Assembly (NCBI GenBank): GCA_963766075.1
Contig: CAVYAN010000017.1
Span: forward strand, 64,001 to 128,000
Direction of reading: 5' to 3'
Source: an uncultured cyanobacterium
GTDB taxonomy: Bacteria; Cyanobacteriota; Cyanobacteriia; Leptolyngbyales; Leptolyngbyaceae
Length of the DNA: 64,000 nt
Part shown: piece by piece, positions 52,553-63,477 of the stretch
Layout of the letters: the number at the start of each line of letters is the position of its first letter
How positions within the stretch are numbered: position 1 is the stretch's first letter
Notes under the pieces: generated by a model
Told to the model about the DNA's origin: nothing
What the model saw: only the letters and a program-made list of their open reading frames with translations
Database searches by the model: none
Position numbers and translations under genes: made by a program

Positions 52553-53236
52553 TCAGAGCAATCCTCGTTTTTTTAACTGAACCAGGGCATTTTCAGCGGC
52601 CTGCTTTTCCGCCTCTTTCTTGCTGCGCCCTTTCCCTTCGCCGTAAAGTTTACCGTTTGCGTAAACCCGAGCCATAAACTCTGGCGCATGATCTGTGCCC
52701 CCTAATTTCTCGGTAACGTACTTTGGGGGCGTAGTGGCTCCCTGGGCCTGGGCAAATTCCTGAAACTTATTTTTCGAGTCTAGGGTTGAGCGTGCCACCA
52801 TGACTCCGGACGGCACCGAGTCAAAGAGTTGGTGGACTGAAGGCCGCAGGGCTTCAATATTGCGATTGTTGTCTAAATAGTAGGCTCCAATCACGGCTTC
52901 AAAGGTGCTACTCAGAAGATTTGGATTTTGAAAACCGCCATCCCGAATCGCCCCTTGTCCCAGGCGCATTCTGAAATCTAATCCCACTTCAGTCGCAAAT
53001 CGGGCCAGTTGCTTTTCATCGACAAGCGCGGCGCGGCGGCGAGTCATTTCATCTTCTGCCAATTCAGGATACATTTGATACAGGTATTCGCCACTGATGA
53101 AGTTGAGAATGGCATCGCCCAAAAACTCGAGGCGCTCATTATCGCCACCGGCTCCTGGGTTTTCGTTGATATAGGAGCGGTGCGTCAGCAATCGCCGGAG
53201 TAGCGTCTCATCCTTAAACATCAAGAGTTTATGCAT
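52553..53236 (-). CDS. rnc: Ribonuclease III
   Basis: LTHRSY, NERLEFLGDA, FEAVIGA, C-terminal dsRBD (GKGRSKKEAEKQAA). Confidence 0.92.
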   Translation of the reverse strand: MHKLLMFKDETLLRRLLTHRSYINENPGAGGDNERLEFLGDAILNFISGEYLYQMYPELAEDEMTRRRAALVDEKQLARFATEVGLDFRMRLGQGAIRDGGFQNPNLLSSTFEAVIGAYYLDNNRNIEALRPSVHQLFDSVPSGVMVARSTLDSKNKFQEFAQAQGATTPPKYVTEKLGGTDHAPEFMARVYANGKLYGEGKGRSKKEAEKQAAENALVQLKKRGLL

Positions 53237-53383
53237 TTTGGATAGCCGCATCAAGCGGGACAGGTTGGCGTTGGCCTCCCAGAGACTCCAGACTGCTAAC
53301 AGCTCCGACTCAGTGCCCCCACCGGAAACCCCAGCCTTCCGATGAAGTGCCGGGGCCAACCGTCATCGGGATGTGAGGCCCGT

Positions 53384-53755
53384 TTAGTAAAACCCGTCCA
53401 AATCCAACGCTTGGGAACCGCCTTCCTGAAGCTGGATCAAGATTTTGCCCAACTGTGCCCAGACCAACCAGCCCACCACCGTTGTCATTGGAATCGACAG
53501 CGCATAGGCGAACTGGGTCGGTAGGCCGAAAATTTCCACCCCAGCGGCCAGAAACACCGCCGACCCAATCGCAATTCCCACAAAGGGGACAAACAGTTGC
53601 ATGCCGCGCAGATTAGCCAGGGTGCGCGTGGAACGATTTTTTTGCCAGTCCCGCACCGATTGTTTCAACACAGCTTCAAAGGCGGCACCAGAAGCCAAGC
53701 TCACCAGCAAACTGGCCAGCAGTAAAAAATAAGGCGGATCGGAGGGATAGTACAC
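53384..53755 (-). CDS. Conserved cyanobacterial membrane protein
   Basis: PPYFLL...G.AFE..LKQ, three TM helices, GGS.ALDLD. Confidence 0.7.
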   Translation of the reverse strand: MYYPSDPPYFLLLASLLVSLASGAAFEAVLKQSVRDWQKNRSTRTLANLRGMQLFVPFVGIAIGSAVFLAAGVEIFGLPTQFAYALSIPMTTVVGWLVWAQLGKILIQLQEGGSQALDLDGFY

Positions 53756-53784
53756 AGCAAAACCTCAATAAATGAACGGAACGC

Positions 53785-55509
53785 TTAAGAGCGCTTCATA
53801 AAGCTTAATGCTGATGGTATCAGAGCGGCAGTGCCTGTGGTGGAAAATTCGGCTAGGGCTTCCCACGCCGCCGAAATCAGCCGATCCGGTTTAATCTCGG
53901 ACTTGACCAGATCCCAGAGGCGCTGGACCTCTTCCGTATGGAGGCGATCGTCTTCCGTCAGGGCAATGAGGATTTCGCGCCGAATAAACTTGCCTTCGTC
54001 GGACATCAAGAACTGGATCCCGAGCTGGGCGCTGGGCAGCAGGTCAAAATTATTATTGGTGCGGGCGATCGCAATCAAATTCTCTAGCCGCTGCCACTGG
54101 AATCGATCATCTTTGAACAGAACCGCCAACAACCGCCGCCGCAACTGGGGCGATTCGCCCGTTAGGAGGCGGCGCGCCACATAGGGATAAGCCACTTCCA
54201 CAATCTTGAAACTGGAATTCAGGGTCAGGGCCAAGCCTTCCTGAGTCACCAGCGATCGAATAATCAGGGCAAACTTTGCGGGCAGGCGGAAAGGATACTC
54301 GTACATCAACTCTGAGAAGCGATCGGTAATCGTCTTAAAATTGAAATCCTGCACACTTTCGCCCATCACATCGCCCAGCACGGACTCCAGAGCAGGCACG
54401 ATAGGCTGAATATCAGTCTCCGGAGTCAGAAAGCCCAGCTTGACAAAATCCGCCGCCAGATCCAAATAGTCCTTATTAATTAGATCCACGACCGCATCCA
54501 CCAGCGTCTCTTTAGCAGGCTCCTCCAACTGGTCCATCATGCCAAAGTCGATATACGCCATCTGAGCGCGCGGCGTGCCATCGGCATTTTTCGCCGCGAC
54601 TGCAAACAAATTGCCGGGATGGGGGTCGGCATGGAAGAAACCATGCTCCAGCAATTGTTGCAATCCAGAAGTCACCCCAATTTCGATCAGTTCGTCCTGA
54701 TTCAAGCCCAGGGCCGCAATGCCCGCCGCATCTGTCAGCTTCACTCCGTCAATCCATTCCAGGGTGAGGGTCCGCTTGCCACAATAGCGCCAGTAAATAG
54801 CGGGCACCTTTACCCGAGGGTCGTCGCGGAAGTTGGTGGCAAATTTCTCAGCATTGCGCCCTTCGTTGAGATAGTCCACCTCCTCGAACAGCTTGGTGCC
54901 AAATTCATCCACCACCAAGGTTAAATCATGTCCCAAATTCAGCGGCAGCCAGGGCACCATCCAGCTCGCCGCCCAGCGCATCAGGTATAAATCAAGGGTA
55001 ATCACGGGCATCAGGTTGGGACGTTGCACCTTGACGGCCACCGCCTCACCCGAATAAAGCCGCGCCTTGTAAACCTGACCGAGGCTGGCTGCCGCCACCG
55101 GTTGGGGAGAGATTTCGCAATAGACTTCATCCACCGATCGCCCCAGTTCCCGCAAAATAATCGCGTGGGCTACATCATTACTAAAGGGGGGCAACTGGTC
55201 TTGGAGCCGGACGAGCTCTTCCAGAAAATCTTTGCGCACGAGGTCGGGGCGGGTGGACAGGGCTTGTCCGACCTTGATGAAGGTAGGTCCGAGGCCAATC
55301 AAAATTTTACGCAACTGGTCGGCGCGGTGGCGCTGCTTTTCCGGGGTTTGGCCCCACAGGTCATCGAGCTTCAAGCCGATCGCAAAACTGAGGAATGAAA
55401 AAACAATACGCAGAGCGCGAAAAAACGCTTGCCAGGGACGAAGGCTATAGTAACGGGCGATCGCCCAGGCATCGTAACGCTTTAACGCTTCTAAAGGATG
55501 TTGACCCAC
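53785..55509 (-). CDS. ABC1/AarF/UbiB family kinase
   Basis: LGPTFIKVGQALSTRPD, AAASLGQV, VKVQRP, FHADPHPGN, IDFGM. Confidence 0.95.
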   Translation of the reverse strand: MGQHPLEALKRYDAWAIARYYSLRPWQAFFRALRIVFSFLSFAIGLKLDDLWGQTPEKQRHRADQLRKILIGLGPTFIKVGQALSTRPDLVRKDFLEELVRLQDQLPPFSNDVAHAIILRELGRSVDEVYCEISPQPVAAASLGQVYKARLYSGEAVAVKVQRPNLMPVITLDLYLMRWAASWMVPWLPLNLGHDLTLVVDEFGTKLFEEVDYLNEGRNAEKFATNFRDDPRVKVPAIYWRYCGKRTLTLEWIDGVKLTDAAGIAALGLNQDELIEIGVTSGLQQLLEHGFFHADPHPGNLFAVAAKNADGTPRAQMAYIDFGMMDQLEEPAKETLVDAVVDLINKDYLDLAADFVKLGFLTPETDIQPIVPALESVLGDVMGESVQDFNFKTITDRFSELMYEYPFRLPAKFALIIRSLVTQEGLALTLNSSFKIVEVAYPYVARRLLTGESPQLRRRLLAVLFKDDRFQWQRLENLIAIARTNNNFDLLPSAQLGIQFLMSDEGKFIRREILIALTEDDRLHTEEVQRLWDLVKSEIKPDRLISAAWEALAEFSTTGTAALIPSALSFMKRS

Positions 55510-56035
55510 GCTGACCTTAACCTCTCAGACGAACAATGACGCATCAGGGGAAGACAGTCCGGACGACTTTAGGATGGGGCCACACCACCAACCTGAGCGT
55601 GATCACCCGTTAGGTTTGAGCCCGATCGCCGCCTGACAACCCTCACCGCTTGAGAATTCCAGACCACGCGGGCTAACCTGCTGCGGCCCTCCGAAAAATC
55701 AACGAGAGCGACGCACCTTCCCAACTCAACAACACCGGAAAATTCTCGTTGCTTTATTCAGCTTAACTATAGTATAGAAAACTACAAAGATTCCAGTCAT
55801 AGAAGCGATGCAAATCACGGTTTATGCCGATTTGCCGCCGAGCTTATCCTAGCGAGAATTTAGACAAACCGTTGCAATTCCTGGGTTAGAACTGCATTGC
55901 GAAAAAATGCGGAACATGTTGATACAACTACAAAAAGCAGAAAACCTTTACATTTGGCGATCGCATGGCAATTCCCACACCATGCTACCCCTCAAGAACT
56001 AAGCTTAGAGTGCCCAGCTTACCTTTGCTCTGCCC

Positions 56036-57862
56036 GTGGTATTTTCTCGCCGAAACCGCCAACCCTGGTTCACCGCTGGATCACCGCCTTTGATCTGGCC
56101 CCTGCTCTTGGCTGTGATGTTGGCCGTGGTCGTAACCGCCTGTCAGGACGTTCCCTCCCGGCTGTCCACAGCGGCGAAGTCTTTGACCCTAGCCACCCTG
56201 ACGGACCCCAAAACCTTTAATCATCCGTTGAATTCATCGTTTCCAAATGTTTTCCTCTTCACCTACGAAGGCTTGACCCGTATCAATGGCAAAACGGGCC
56301 AAATTGAACCGGCCCTCGCTGAATCCTGGGTGATTTCAGCGGATCAAAAGCGGGTGGTGTTCCAGTTGCGTCCCGACTTGAAGTGGTCTGACGGCCAGCC
56401 GCTCACAGCCGCGGATGTGGTATTTACCTTTCGAGACGTAGTTTTCAATCCAGACGTGCCCGCCGAATCAAAGGAAGAGCTGAAGATTGGTGAGCAGGGC
56501 CAGTTTCCGACAGTCCGACAATTGGACGATCGCCGGATAGAATTTATTCTCCCCGAACCGTTTGCCCCCTTGTTGAATGCCGTGTCAGCTCCGGATGGCG
56601 TGCTGATTCTGCCGCAGCACGCCCTGGCCGAATCGATCAAAACCAAAGGCTCCGACGGCAACCTCAAATTTCTGTCCACTTGGAATACGGATACGCCACC
56701 CCAACAGGTGGTGGGCAATGGGCCTTACCGCATGGAGAGCTACACCGCTGGACAACGCCTGGTTTTTCAGCGAAATCCGTACTACTGGCGCAAAGATGCC
56801 CAGGGTCGGGCGCTGCCCTACACCGATCGCATTGTCTGGCAATTTATTGAAAATACGGATACCCAATTGCTGCGCTTTCGGTCGGGGGATTTGGACGTGA
56901 TGGGAGATGCCCGTCCCCTGCGCCCAGAATATTATTCTTTGCTAAAACGGGAAGAGCGCCGGGGCAATTTTCAGGTGTACAACGGCGGGCCATGGTCCGG
57001 GATGCTGTACCTGGCCTTTAACCAAAATCCGGGGAAAACCCAGGATGGCCAGCCGATTGTGGATCCGGTGAAGTTGAAGTGGTTTACGAATTTGAACTTT
57101 CGGCAGGCGATCGCCCACGGCATTGATCGCGATCGCATCAACACCAACATCTTCCGGGGGCTGGGTGTGCCCCAAAATTCCTCGATTTCGGTCCAAAGCC
57201 CCTATTTCCTCTCTCCCCAGGCAGGGCTAAAAACCTATGGCTACAACCCGCAGAAATCCCAGGAATTACTGCGGCAGGCCGGATTTCAGCGCAATGCTCA
57301 AGGCCAACTGCTCGACGCGGAGGGCCATCGGGTCCGGTTTACACTGTTGACGAATGCTGGCAATAAAGTGCGCGAGGCGATCGGGGCGCAGATCAAGCAA
57401 GATCTGGGAAACCTCGGCATTCAGGTGGACTTCCAACCGATTAACTTTAATACCCTCAGCGATCGCCTCAATACGTCTCGCAACTGGGATGCGCACATCA
57501 TCGGGTTCACAGGTGGCATTGAACCCCACAGCCTTGCCAACTTTTGGATGTCGAAGGGAGCCTCCCACTATTTCAATCTGGGACCACAACCAGGCCAACC
57601 CCCAATTCGGGGCTGGCAACCCTATGGCTTTGAAACCCAAATGGATCGGTTATTTCTTCAAGGTTCACGCGAACTTGATCAGACCCGACGCAAGGCCATC
57701 TACGCTGAGTTCCAGCGCCTTGCCCAAGACCAACTGCCCATTATTTACTTGGTGAATGACTCGGCCCTGATGGCCGTCCGCAACACGATCGCGGGCTTAG
57801 AGTACACAGGCTTACCCAGTTGGGGCTTGTGGAATATTCAAAACCTACGCAAGCAAAATTAG
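56036..57862 (+). CDS. Peptide/nickel ABC transporter substrate-binding lipoprotein (family 5)
   Basis: Lipobox VTAC, DPKTFN, PALAESW, KWSDGQPLTAADVVFT. Confidence 0.9.
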   Translation: MVFSRRNRQPWFTAGSPPLIWPLLLAVMLAVVVTACQDVPSRLSTAAKSLTLATLTDPKTFNHPLNSSFPNVFLFTYEGLTRINGKTGQIEPALAESWVISADQKRVVFQLRPDLKWSDGQPLTAADVVFTFRDVVFNPDVPAESKEELKIGEQGQFPTVRQLDDRRIEFILPEPFAPLLNAVSAPDGVLILPQHALAESIKTKGSDGNLKFLSTWNTDTPPQQVVGNGPYRMESYTAGQRLVFQRNPYYWRKDAQGRALPYTDRIVWQFIENTDTQLLRFRSGDLDVMGDARPLRPEYYSLLKREERRGNFQVYNGGPWSGMLYLAFNQNPGKTQDGQPIVDPVKLKWFTNLNFRQAIAHGIDRDRINTNIFRGLGVPQNSSISVQSPYFLSPQAGLKTYGYNPQKSQELLRQAGFQRNAQGQLLDAEGHRVRFTLLTNAGNKVREAIGAQIKQDLGNLGIQVDFQPINFNTLSDRLNTSRNWDAHIIGFTGGIEPHSLANFWMSKGASHYFNLGPQPGQPPIRGWQPYGFETQMDRLFLQGSRELDQTRRKAIYAEFQRLAQDQLPIIYLVNDSALMAVRNTIAGLEYTGLPSWGLWNIQNLRKQN

Positions 57863-58047
57863 AGTCGGAGATCGGAAACCACGATCTCTCGGAGCGCGGT
57901 TGGACGGAATGGCTCAGGGTTTCACTGTTTAAAGGAGGAGAGTCCGCACTCCACCCGTGTATACCTCCCGGTTTGATGGGAGGTTTCGAGCTGTGAGCGG
58001 AATACTCAAGTGAGTGACTTGATTCGTGACCTCCAGCGCTTCTCCCT

Positions 58048-59367
58048 ATGTTTCGTCTGAATACCAAAGCCTTCAACCTACTCAAAGCCGAAATTCAGCG
58101 CTGTGCGAGCAGCAGTCCGGCGGGTGCCCTCCAGCAGCAAATCGCGCTGAAGCGCCTCGAAAAATTACGGCAGCAACCCGGCGATCGCGCTACCGAAGCT
58201 GAACTGTGGGATGCCGTGGACGATGTATTTCCAGACTTCAACAAAGCTGTGATCCAAAAAGCCGCCCAGGCTAACCGTCCTCCGGGGAAATTCTGGGGAC
58301 ACCTAAAGATCGGCGCGATCGCCTGCACGACCCTGGCCGGGGGGCTATGGTTCGTTAATTTGCCCTACCCGATGATTCGCCAGCCCGTGGCGGCAGTGGC
58401 CCCGATCCTGTTGCTGCCCAGCTTTATGCGCATGGATTACGACTATCGGCAGGCGATCGCCCTGGTGGAGCAAGCCGACCAACTGGTGAACCAAGCCACC
58501 AGTCCCGCCGATTTGGATTTAGGCAGCACCAAGGCCAAGGCCGCTCAAAAACACCTGGATGCCCTACCCGTTTGGTTCTTGGGCTATTATCCCGGTGCCT
58601 ACTGCGGGTGGCTTGGCTGCTCTTGGCGGTTTACCTACGATGAATTTAAACAGGCCCGCCAGTCCGTAGGCCGCATGGAAGCCACGCTATTTCAGGAAAA
58701 GAATGCCCAAACCCAGCTTGGGGAAGCCGATCTGGCCGTGGGCAATGCCAAGCAACAATTCCAAGAGTCACCCAACGAAGGCGAAAAACAAGCCGCAATC
58801 AGCCAATGGCAGCAGGGCATGGACAAATTAACCGAAGTGCCCTCGGCCACGTTGGCGGGCAAAACCGCCGCTACCAAATTGGCCGCCTACCAGCGGGATT
58901 TTCAACAGGTGGTCGGGTTTACCGCCACCAATGCCCGCTCGGGTAACCTGATCCAAGCCGCCCGCACCTTTGCCGAAACCGCACAACAAGGAATCACCGG
59001 AGCAGCATTGTCCGTCGCCGCGTGGGAGGCCGTCATCCAGCAATGGGATCAGGCGATCGCCCGCCTAGAGCAAATTAAAGTGGAGGATCCGGACTATGGG
59101 CCTGCACAACTGTTGCTCGCCACCTACAAAAAAGAACAAAACCAAGCCCGGGTGCGCCTCAAAGCGGAACAAGCCGCCGTTCAAGCCTTTGAAGACGCAG
59201 AACAGCTCAAGGAGCGCCTGGTGGCCAGTGCCGATGGTTTATCCGTAAACCAAATGAGCAGCCAAATGCAAGCCATTGAAAGTCGTCTCAAGAAAGTACC
59301 CCAAGGCACCACCGTCTATGCTGAGGCCCAGGAACTGCTCCAGTTTGTACAAAAACGATTGAAGTAA
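58048..59367 (+). CDS. Hypothetical membrane-anchored coiled-coil protein
   Basis: 439-aa ORF with NLPYPMIR..VA..APILLLPS motif and a helical C-terminus. Confidence 0.7.
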   Translation: MFRLNTKAFNLLKAEIQRCASSSPAGALQQQIALKRLEKLRQQPGDRATEAELWDAVDDVFPDFNKAVIQKAAQANRPPGKFWGHLKIGAIACTTLAGGLWFVNLPYPMIRQPVAAVAPILLLPSFMRMDYDYRQAIALVEQADQLVNQATSPADLDLGSTKAKAAQKHLDALPVWFLGYYPGAYCGWLGCSWRFTYDEFKQARQSVGRMEATLFQEKNAQTQLGEADLAVGNAKQQFQESPNEGEKQAAISQWQQGMDKLTEVPSATLAGKTAATKLAAYQRDFQQVVGFTATNARSGNLIQAARTFAETAQQGITGAALSVAAWEAVIQQWDQAIARLEQIKVEDPDYGPAQLLLATYKKEQNQARVRLKAEQAAVQAFEDAEQLKERLVASADGLSVNQMSSQMQAIESRLKKVPQGTTVYAEAQELLQFVQKRLK

Positions 59368-59440
59368 CGATTGAAGTAAAGCGATCTCAGGCGGTAGCAG
59401 TATCCCGTTCAGGGAAACGCCGAGGTGGCATTTATGCAGA

Positions 59441-60427
59441 CTACGGCTTCCTAACCCGCTGCAAAATAATCATTTCGGCACCCACAACCGGGCTGCGGGC
59501 AAGGCGATCGCCCATGGCATCCACGAGTTCCAATTTACTAAAGTCCAAATCCTGGGCCCGGCTCAGAATTTCATTCGCTAGGGTATCTTGCCGTTGAGCC
59601 CCCAGTTCGTACCAGCCATTACCCACGTTCACCCGCAGCAAACTACTGCGAAAGTTGGCTTGAACCGATTGAATTAAGCCGTCCAAATACTGGTTACTCA
59701 CTTCTGCCACCTGATCCTGAATCGACGCAATCAGTGTTTGTTCTGGGGAGAGCTTCAGGGGTGGGACGGGGGGTTGAGCTTGGGGTAGTAGCGCAGGTGT
59801 CTCTGGTGATGTTTCTAAGGATGTCTCTGGGGATGTCTTGGGGGGTGTCTCTGGAGGAGAAGAGATTACGGCGTTCGGAGAGGGTTGGGGCAATGGCGCG
59901 AGGAAGGGGCGGGCCGAGGGGACGGCATCGGACTCGGAACTCGGTTGAGGACTGGAGGCGGGGCTGGGTGTCGCACTCGGGCTAACGGCGATCACAGTCG
60001 GAGGGGGCGGTTGAAAGAGAATAATCGGCGTCATCAAGATGAAGAGTAGCAGAGTCGCGGCGATCGCCCCCGTCAAGCCCCAATCGCTCAGGCGCTGGTT
60101 CAGAGTCCGGGGCAGTACTGCCCGAACTTTGCTGAGGACCGTTCGCCATCCTCCTCGAAATTGGCCCAGGGCTTGGGTGACGGGCGGACCGACCTTTGCT
60201 TGAATCTGTGCCGTGATGGACGGGGAGACCGAACCGGGAACGGGATCAGCCTCTAGGCGATCGACAACATGCTCTAAGGCTTGGATAGTAATGCGGAGGA
60301 GCTGAATGGCTTGGCGTTTCAGGGGCGATCGCTCGGGCAATGGCGTGGTCGCATCCAACGCTGGAAGGGGTTCGCTGGAACGGGGTGGGGGTGATTCTGG
60401 GGCGGGGTCAACGGGATCGGGTGCCAT
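59441..60427 (-). CDS. Hypothetical Pro-rich membrane protein
   Basis: Single TM, Pro/Ser linker, C-terminal PEQTLIASIQ...ARSPVVG..MIIL domain. Confidence 0.7.
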   Translation of the reverse strand: MAPDPVDPAPESPPPRSSEPLPALDATTPLPERSPLKRQAIQLLRITIQALEHVVDRLEADPVPGSVSPSITAQIQAKVGPPVTQALGQFRGGWRTVLSKVRAVLPRTLNQRLSDWGLTGAIAATLLLFILMTPIILFQPPPPTVIAVSPSATPSPASSPQPSSESDAVPSARPFLAPLPQPSPNAVISSPPETPPKTSPETSLETSPETPALLPQAQPPVPPLKLSPEQTLIASIQDQVAEVSNQYLDGLIQSVQANFRSSLLRVNVGNGWYELGAQRQDTLANEILSRAQDLDFSKLELVDAMGDRLARSPVVGAEMIILQRVRKP

Positions 60428-60647
60428 AGGTCTCCTGAAAGGCGGCACAAATTGGCATAAATGCAGTACATTCTTACGGGGCCACCTCAGAGGATTAATT
60501 TAGCACTGAACGGGACGGGGCGGACCAACGGCTGAAGATAGGGTCTGTTTTCTGCTGGTTTTAGGGCGAACAGAATGTTTTAGGGCGAACAGGGTGATCA
60601 TTAATGAGAGCAATCATAATTAGGGCGATCACGAGCGGGAGAGCACT

Positions 60648-61850
60648 ATGGGGTTGAAGCGGCGGCGGTTTGTGCAGTTGGGGAGTATAGTGGGCGGCGG
60701 TGGACTGGCTTTGCTGGCCAATCGGATACTGACGGGGTGCGCCCTGGGATCAGGAGGCGCGGCATCGGTGACACCAGTAGCCAGTCCAGCCGTGACCAGT
60801 GCGGAGATGGCCAGTGCGGGGGTGCCCAGTGCGGGGGCACCGAAATCAGCGATCGCCCCGAAAGGTCTTTTTGCCCCCCTGCGCGGTGATGTGCGGCTTG
60901 TGGTGATTAGCGATTTGAATAGTGCCTATGGCTCAACGGATTACGAACCGGAGGTAGATCGGGCGATCGCTCTGATTCCGGATTGGCAACCCGATATTGT
61001 TTTAGGCGGCGGCGATATGGTCGCTGGACAATCGCCTTCCCTGACGACGGCGCAAGTGCAAGCCATGTGGCTGGCCTTTGACCAACATATTGGTGCACCT
61101 CTACGTAAAGCTGGGCTGCCGTTTGGATTTACTATTGGCAATCACGATGCGTCTGCGGCGCTTGGGGTGAGCGGCAAGTTCTTATTTAATAATGAGCGTG
61201 AACTGGCGGCAGACCATTGGCGTGATCCGAAATATGATCCGGGCTTGTCGTTTGTCGATCGCGCCCAATTCCCGTTTTACTACACGTTTCAACACAAAGA
61301 CATTTTCTATTTGGTCTGGGACGCTTCAACAAGCAAATTGTCCCCGACCCAAATCGCCTGGGCTGAGAAAAGCTTGGCCAGTCCAACGGCGCAGCAGGCC
61401 AAGCTGCGGATTGCGATCGGGCATTTGCCGCTGTATGCCGTGGCGGTGGGCCGGGATGATTTGGGGGAAATCTTGGCGGATGCGGATACACTGCGAGCCC
61501 TGTTGGAAAAGTATCGGGTACATACGTATATTAGTGGGCATCACCACGCCTACTATCCCGCCCACCGTGGCCAGTTGCAACTGCTGCATTCGGGGATATT
61601 GGGCGCAGGTCCACGCCCCTTGCTGAATGCAAATCTAGCCCCGTTTAAGGCGCTGACGGTAATTGATGTTGATTTGGCATCGGCCTCGACGGTATACACG
61701 ACCTACAATGCCCAGACCTACGAACTGGTGGAGCAAACCAGCCTGCCCCGTTTGATTGTGGGCCCCAATGGGCGGGTATTGCGGCGGGATGTTGCCGAAG
61801 CGAGCCTGACAGCAGCGGAGCGATCGCTGACCTATATGGCTGATAGATGA
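60648..61850 (+). CDS. Tat-exported calcineurin-like metallophosphoesterase
   Basis: KRRRF Tat signal, SDLN, GDMV, GNHD, GHLP, SGHHH. Confidence 0.9.
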   Translation: MGLKRRRFVQLGSIVGGGGLALLANRILTGCALGSGGAASVTPVASPAVTSAEMASAGVPSAGAPKSAIAPKGLFAPLRGDVRLVVISDLNSAYGSTDYEPEVDRAIALIPDWQPDIVLGGGDMVAGQSPSLTTAQVQAMWLAFDQHIGAPLRKAGLPFGFTIGNHDASAALGVSGKFLFNNERELAADHWRDPKYDPGLSFVDRAQFPFYYTFQHKDIFYLVWDASTSKLSPTQIAWAEKSLASPTAQQAKLRIAIGHLPLYAVAVGRDDLGEILADADTLRALLEKYRVHTYISGHHHAYYPAHRGQLQLLHSGILGAGPRPLLNANLAPFKALTVIDVDLASASTVYTTYNAQTYELVEQTSLPRLIVGPNGRVLRRDVAEASLTAAERSLTYMADR

Positions 61851-61861
61851 CGCTTACCCAT

Positions 61862-62191
61862 TAGACCTCTTCAAGAATAAGCAAAGGTGTGAGAGTAGAG
61901 CAAGCCGAGTCACTGGTCCAGAGAATGGATCAGTGCTTCTTCAAGCGCCTATTGCATCTGTTAGAATCCCGACCTCAGCAGGGCCGCCGAATGCTTGGCC
62001 TGGGAGCGCCCAGGCTTTGGGAACTATGGCAACGGATCCACATCTTAGTGAATGCGGCTGAGGAAGCCCGCCGTCAAAGACTTGGGCGAAAACGTCAGGC
62101 AGGCGGTGTCAGGCAAAAGCGCCCCCGCCCCTGTGTCGGCTGCTGGTGACGGATTAGCCTGCCGATTTCTCTTAATTCTTGAAGTGGTCTA
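61862..62191 (+). mobile_element. Internally deleted insertion sequence (IS5/ISL2-like) with transposase N-terminal remnant
   Basis: 17-bp inverted repeats TAGACCTCTTCAAGAAT / ATTCTTGAAGTGGTCTA (one mismatch) around a truncated ORF ...RRMLGL...RKRQAGG. Confidence 0.7.
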
Positions 62192-62366
62192 TTACATCTT
62201 GGCAACGAAGCGCAAATTCCGATGGACCATGGGTGATCATAGTCCAGTGATTGTGCCAGTGTCTTGGAAAGATCCCCATGCCCGACGCTAATTGTTTCGC
62301 TCAGTCCATGTCCGCTCAGTCCATGTCCGCTAAGCCCAGTCCGCTAAGCCCATATTCGCTAAGCCC

Positions 62367-62888
62367 ATGCCATTTCCATGGATTCAATTCATGGCTGGGG
62401 TCTTGATGGTGGGCTTGGGGGCGATCGCCCCTGCCATCGCCCAGCCAATCCCCAAGCCATCGACCATCGAATTCCGCGTGTTCCCTGCCCTCGATCGCAG
62501 TAACCAGGAGCATCTTTGCCCGACTACCCTTACCGTGACAGAACAAGCCCACCCCTATCGCGAAGGAGGATTCACCATTGACGGCTCTGCGAATTTCAAG
62601 CATCTGGCGAGTAACTTTACCATCGCCACTAGCGATGATTTCAGTGTCACCTGGGTCGGCCAGCTTAATCCTCAGTATCGCCAATGCAAGGCCACTGCCC
62701 GCATGGTCAAATCGCGGGGGGCTAACTATTCCGGGCCTTCCTATCTACGTCTTAGATTTGTCCAAGGCAAAGTTTATCTGATCCTGGACATGACGGGTAT
62801 GAGCGATGCCAATGAATACACCACTGTGATCACCCGCAAAATGCTTCAGAATGGAAACCCCACATGGACCTGGGGCGGTACCGACTAG
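62367..62888 (+). CDS. Hypothetical secreted protein
   Basis: AIA signal peptide, 173 aa, ends NPTWTWGGTD. Confidence 0.7.
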   Translation: MPFPWIQFMAGVLMVGLGAIAPAIAQPIPKPSTIEFRVFPALDRSNQEHLCPTTLTVTEQAHPYREGGFTIDGSANFKHLASNFTIATSDDFSVTWVGQLNPQYRQCKATARMVKSRGANYSGPSYLRLRFVQGKVYLILDMTGMSDANEYTTVITRKMLQNGNPTWTWGGTD

Positions 62889-63054
62889 TACTGCGAAATC
62901 TTAAGGAAATCCCCATTGTGTCCAACAGCGCGGCGCTGGGGACCAAATCTCGATATAGTTTGGAATGAAAAATAGTTTGCAGTGAAAACACGTTTTGATC
63001 CGATTGGACCTCTTTGGCCCTCTAAACTTAAAGCCCTCTAGACATACAGGCATC

Positions 63055-63477
63055 ATGGCGAATTTTCCCAACCATCGCCCTAAGACCCTATCCCTAGGAC
63101 CGTTAGAAACGGAAATTCTCACTTTGGTGTGGGAGTTGCAAACGGTGACGGTCAAAGATGTGCATGAGCGCATCTTGGCAGATCCCAATCGTGACTTGGC
63201 CTATGCTTCTGTCACAACGATTTTGAATCGTCTGACTGCGAAGGGTTGGCTGGGCTGCGACAAGCGTCTACGCTGCTTTACATGGCGACCGTTAATTTCT
63301 CAGGCAGAGGCACAGGCCCTGTTAGCCTACGATCAACTGCAGCAGTTTTTGGCAGTGGGCAATCCTGATGTCGTAGCGGCTTTTGCCGATCGCCTAGATC
63401 AAGCCAGTGTTGAGCAACTTGCAGCGATTTCCCAACGACTACAAGCCGCACGCCAAGCGCGGGAGGACCAGAAATGA
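63055..63477 (+). CDS. BlaI/MecI/CopY family repressor
   Basis: LGPLETEIL..VW, LAYASVTTILNRL..KGW. Confidence 0.9.
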   Translation: MANFPNHRPKTLSLGPLETEILTLVWELQTVTVKDVHERILADPNRDLAYASVTTILNRLTAKGWLGCDKRLRCFTWRPLISQAEAQALLAYDQLQQFLAVGNPDVVAAFADRLDQASVEQLAAISQRLQAARQAREDQK

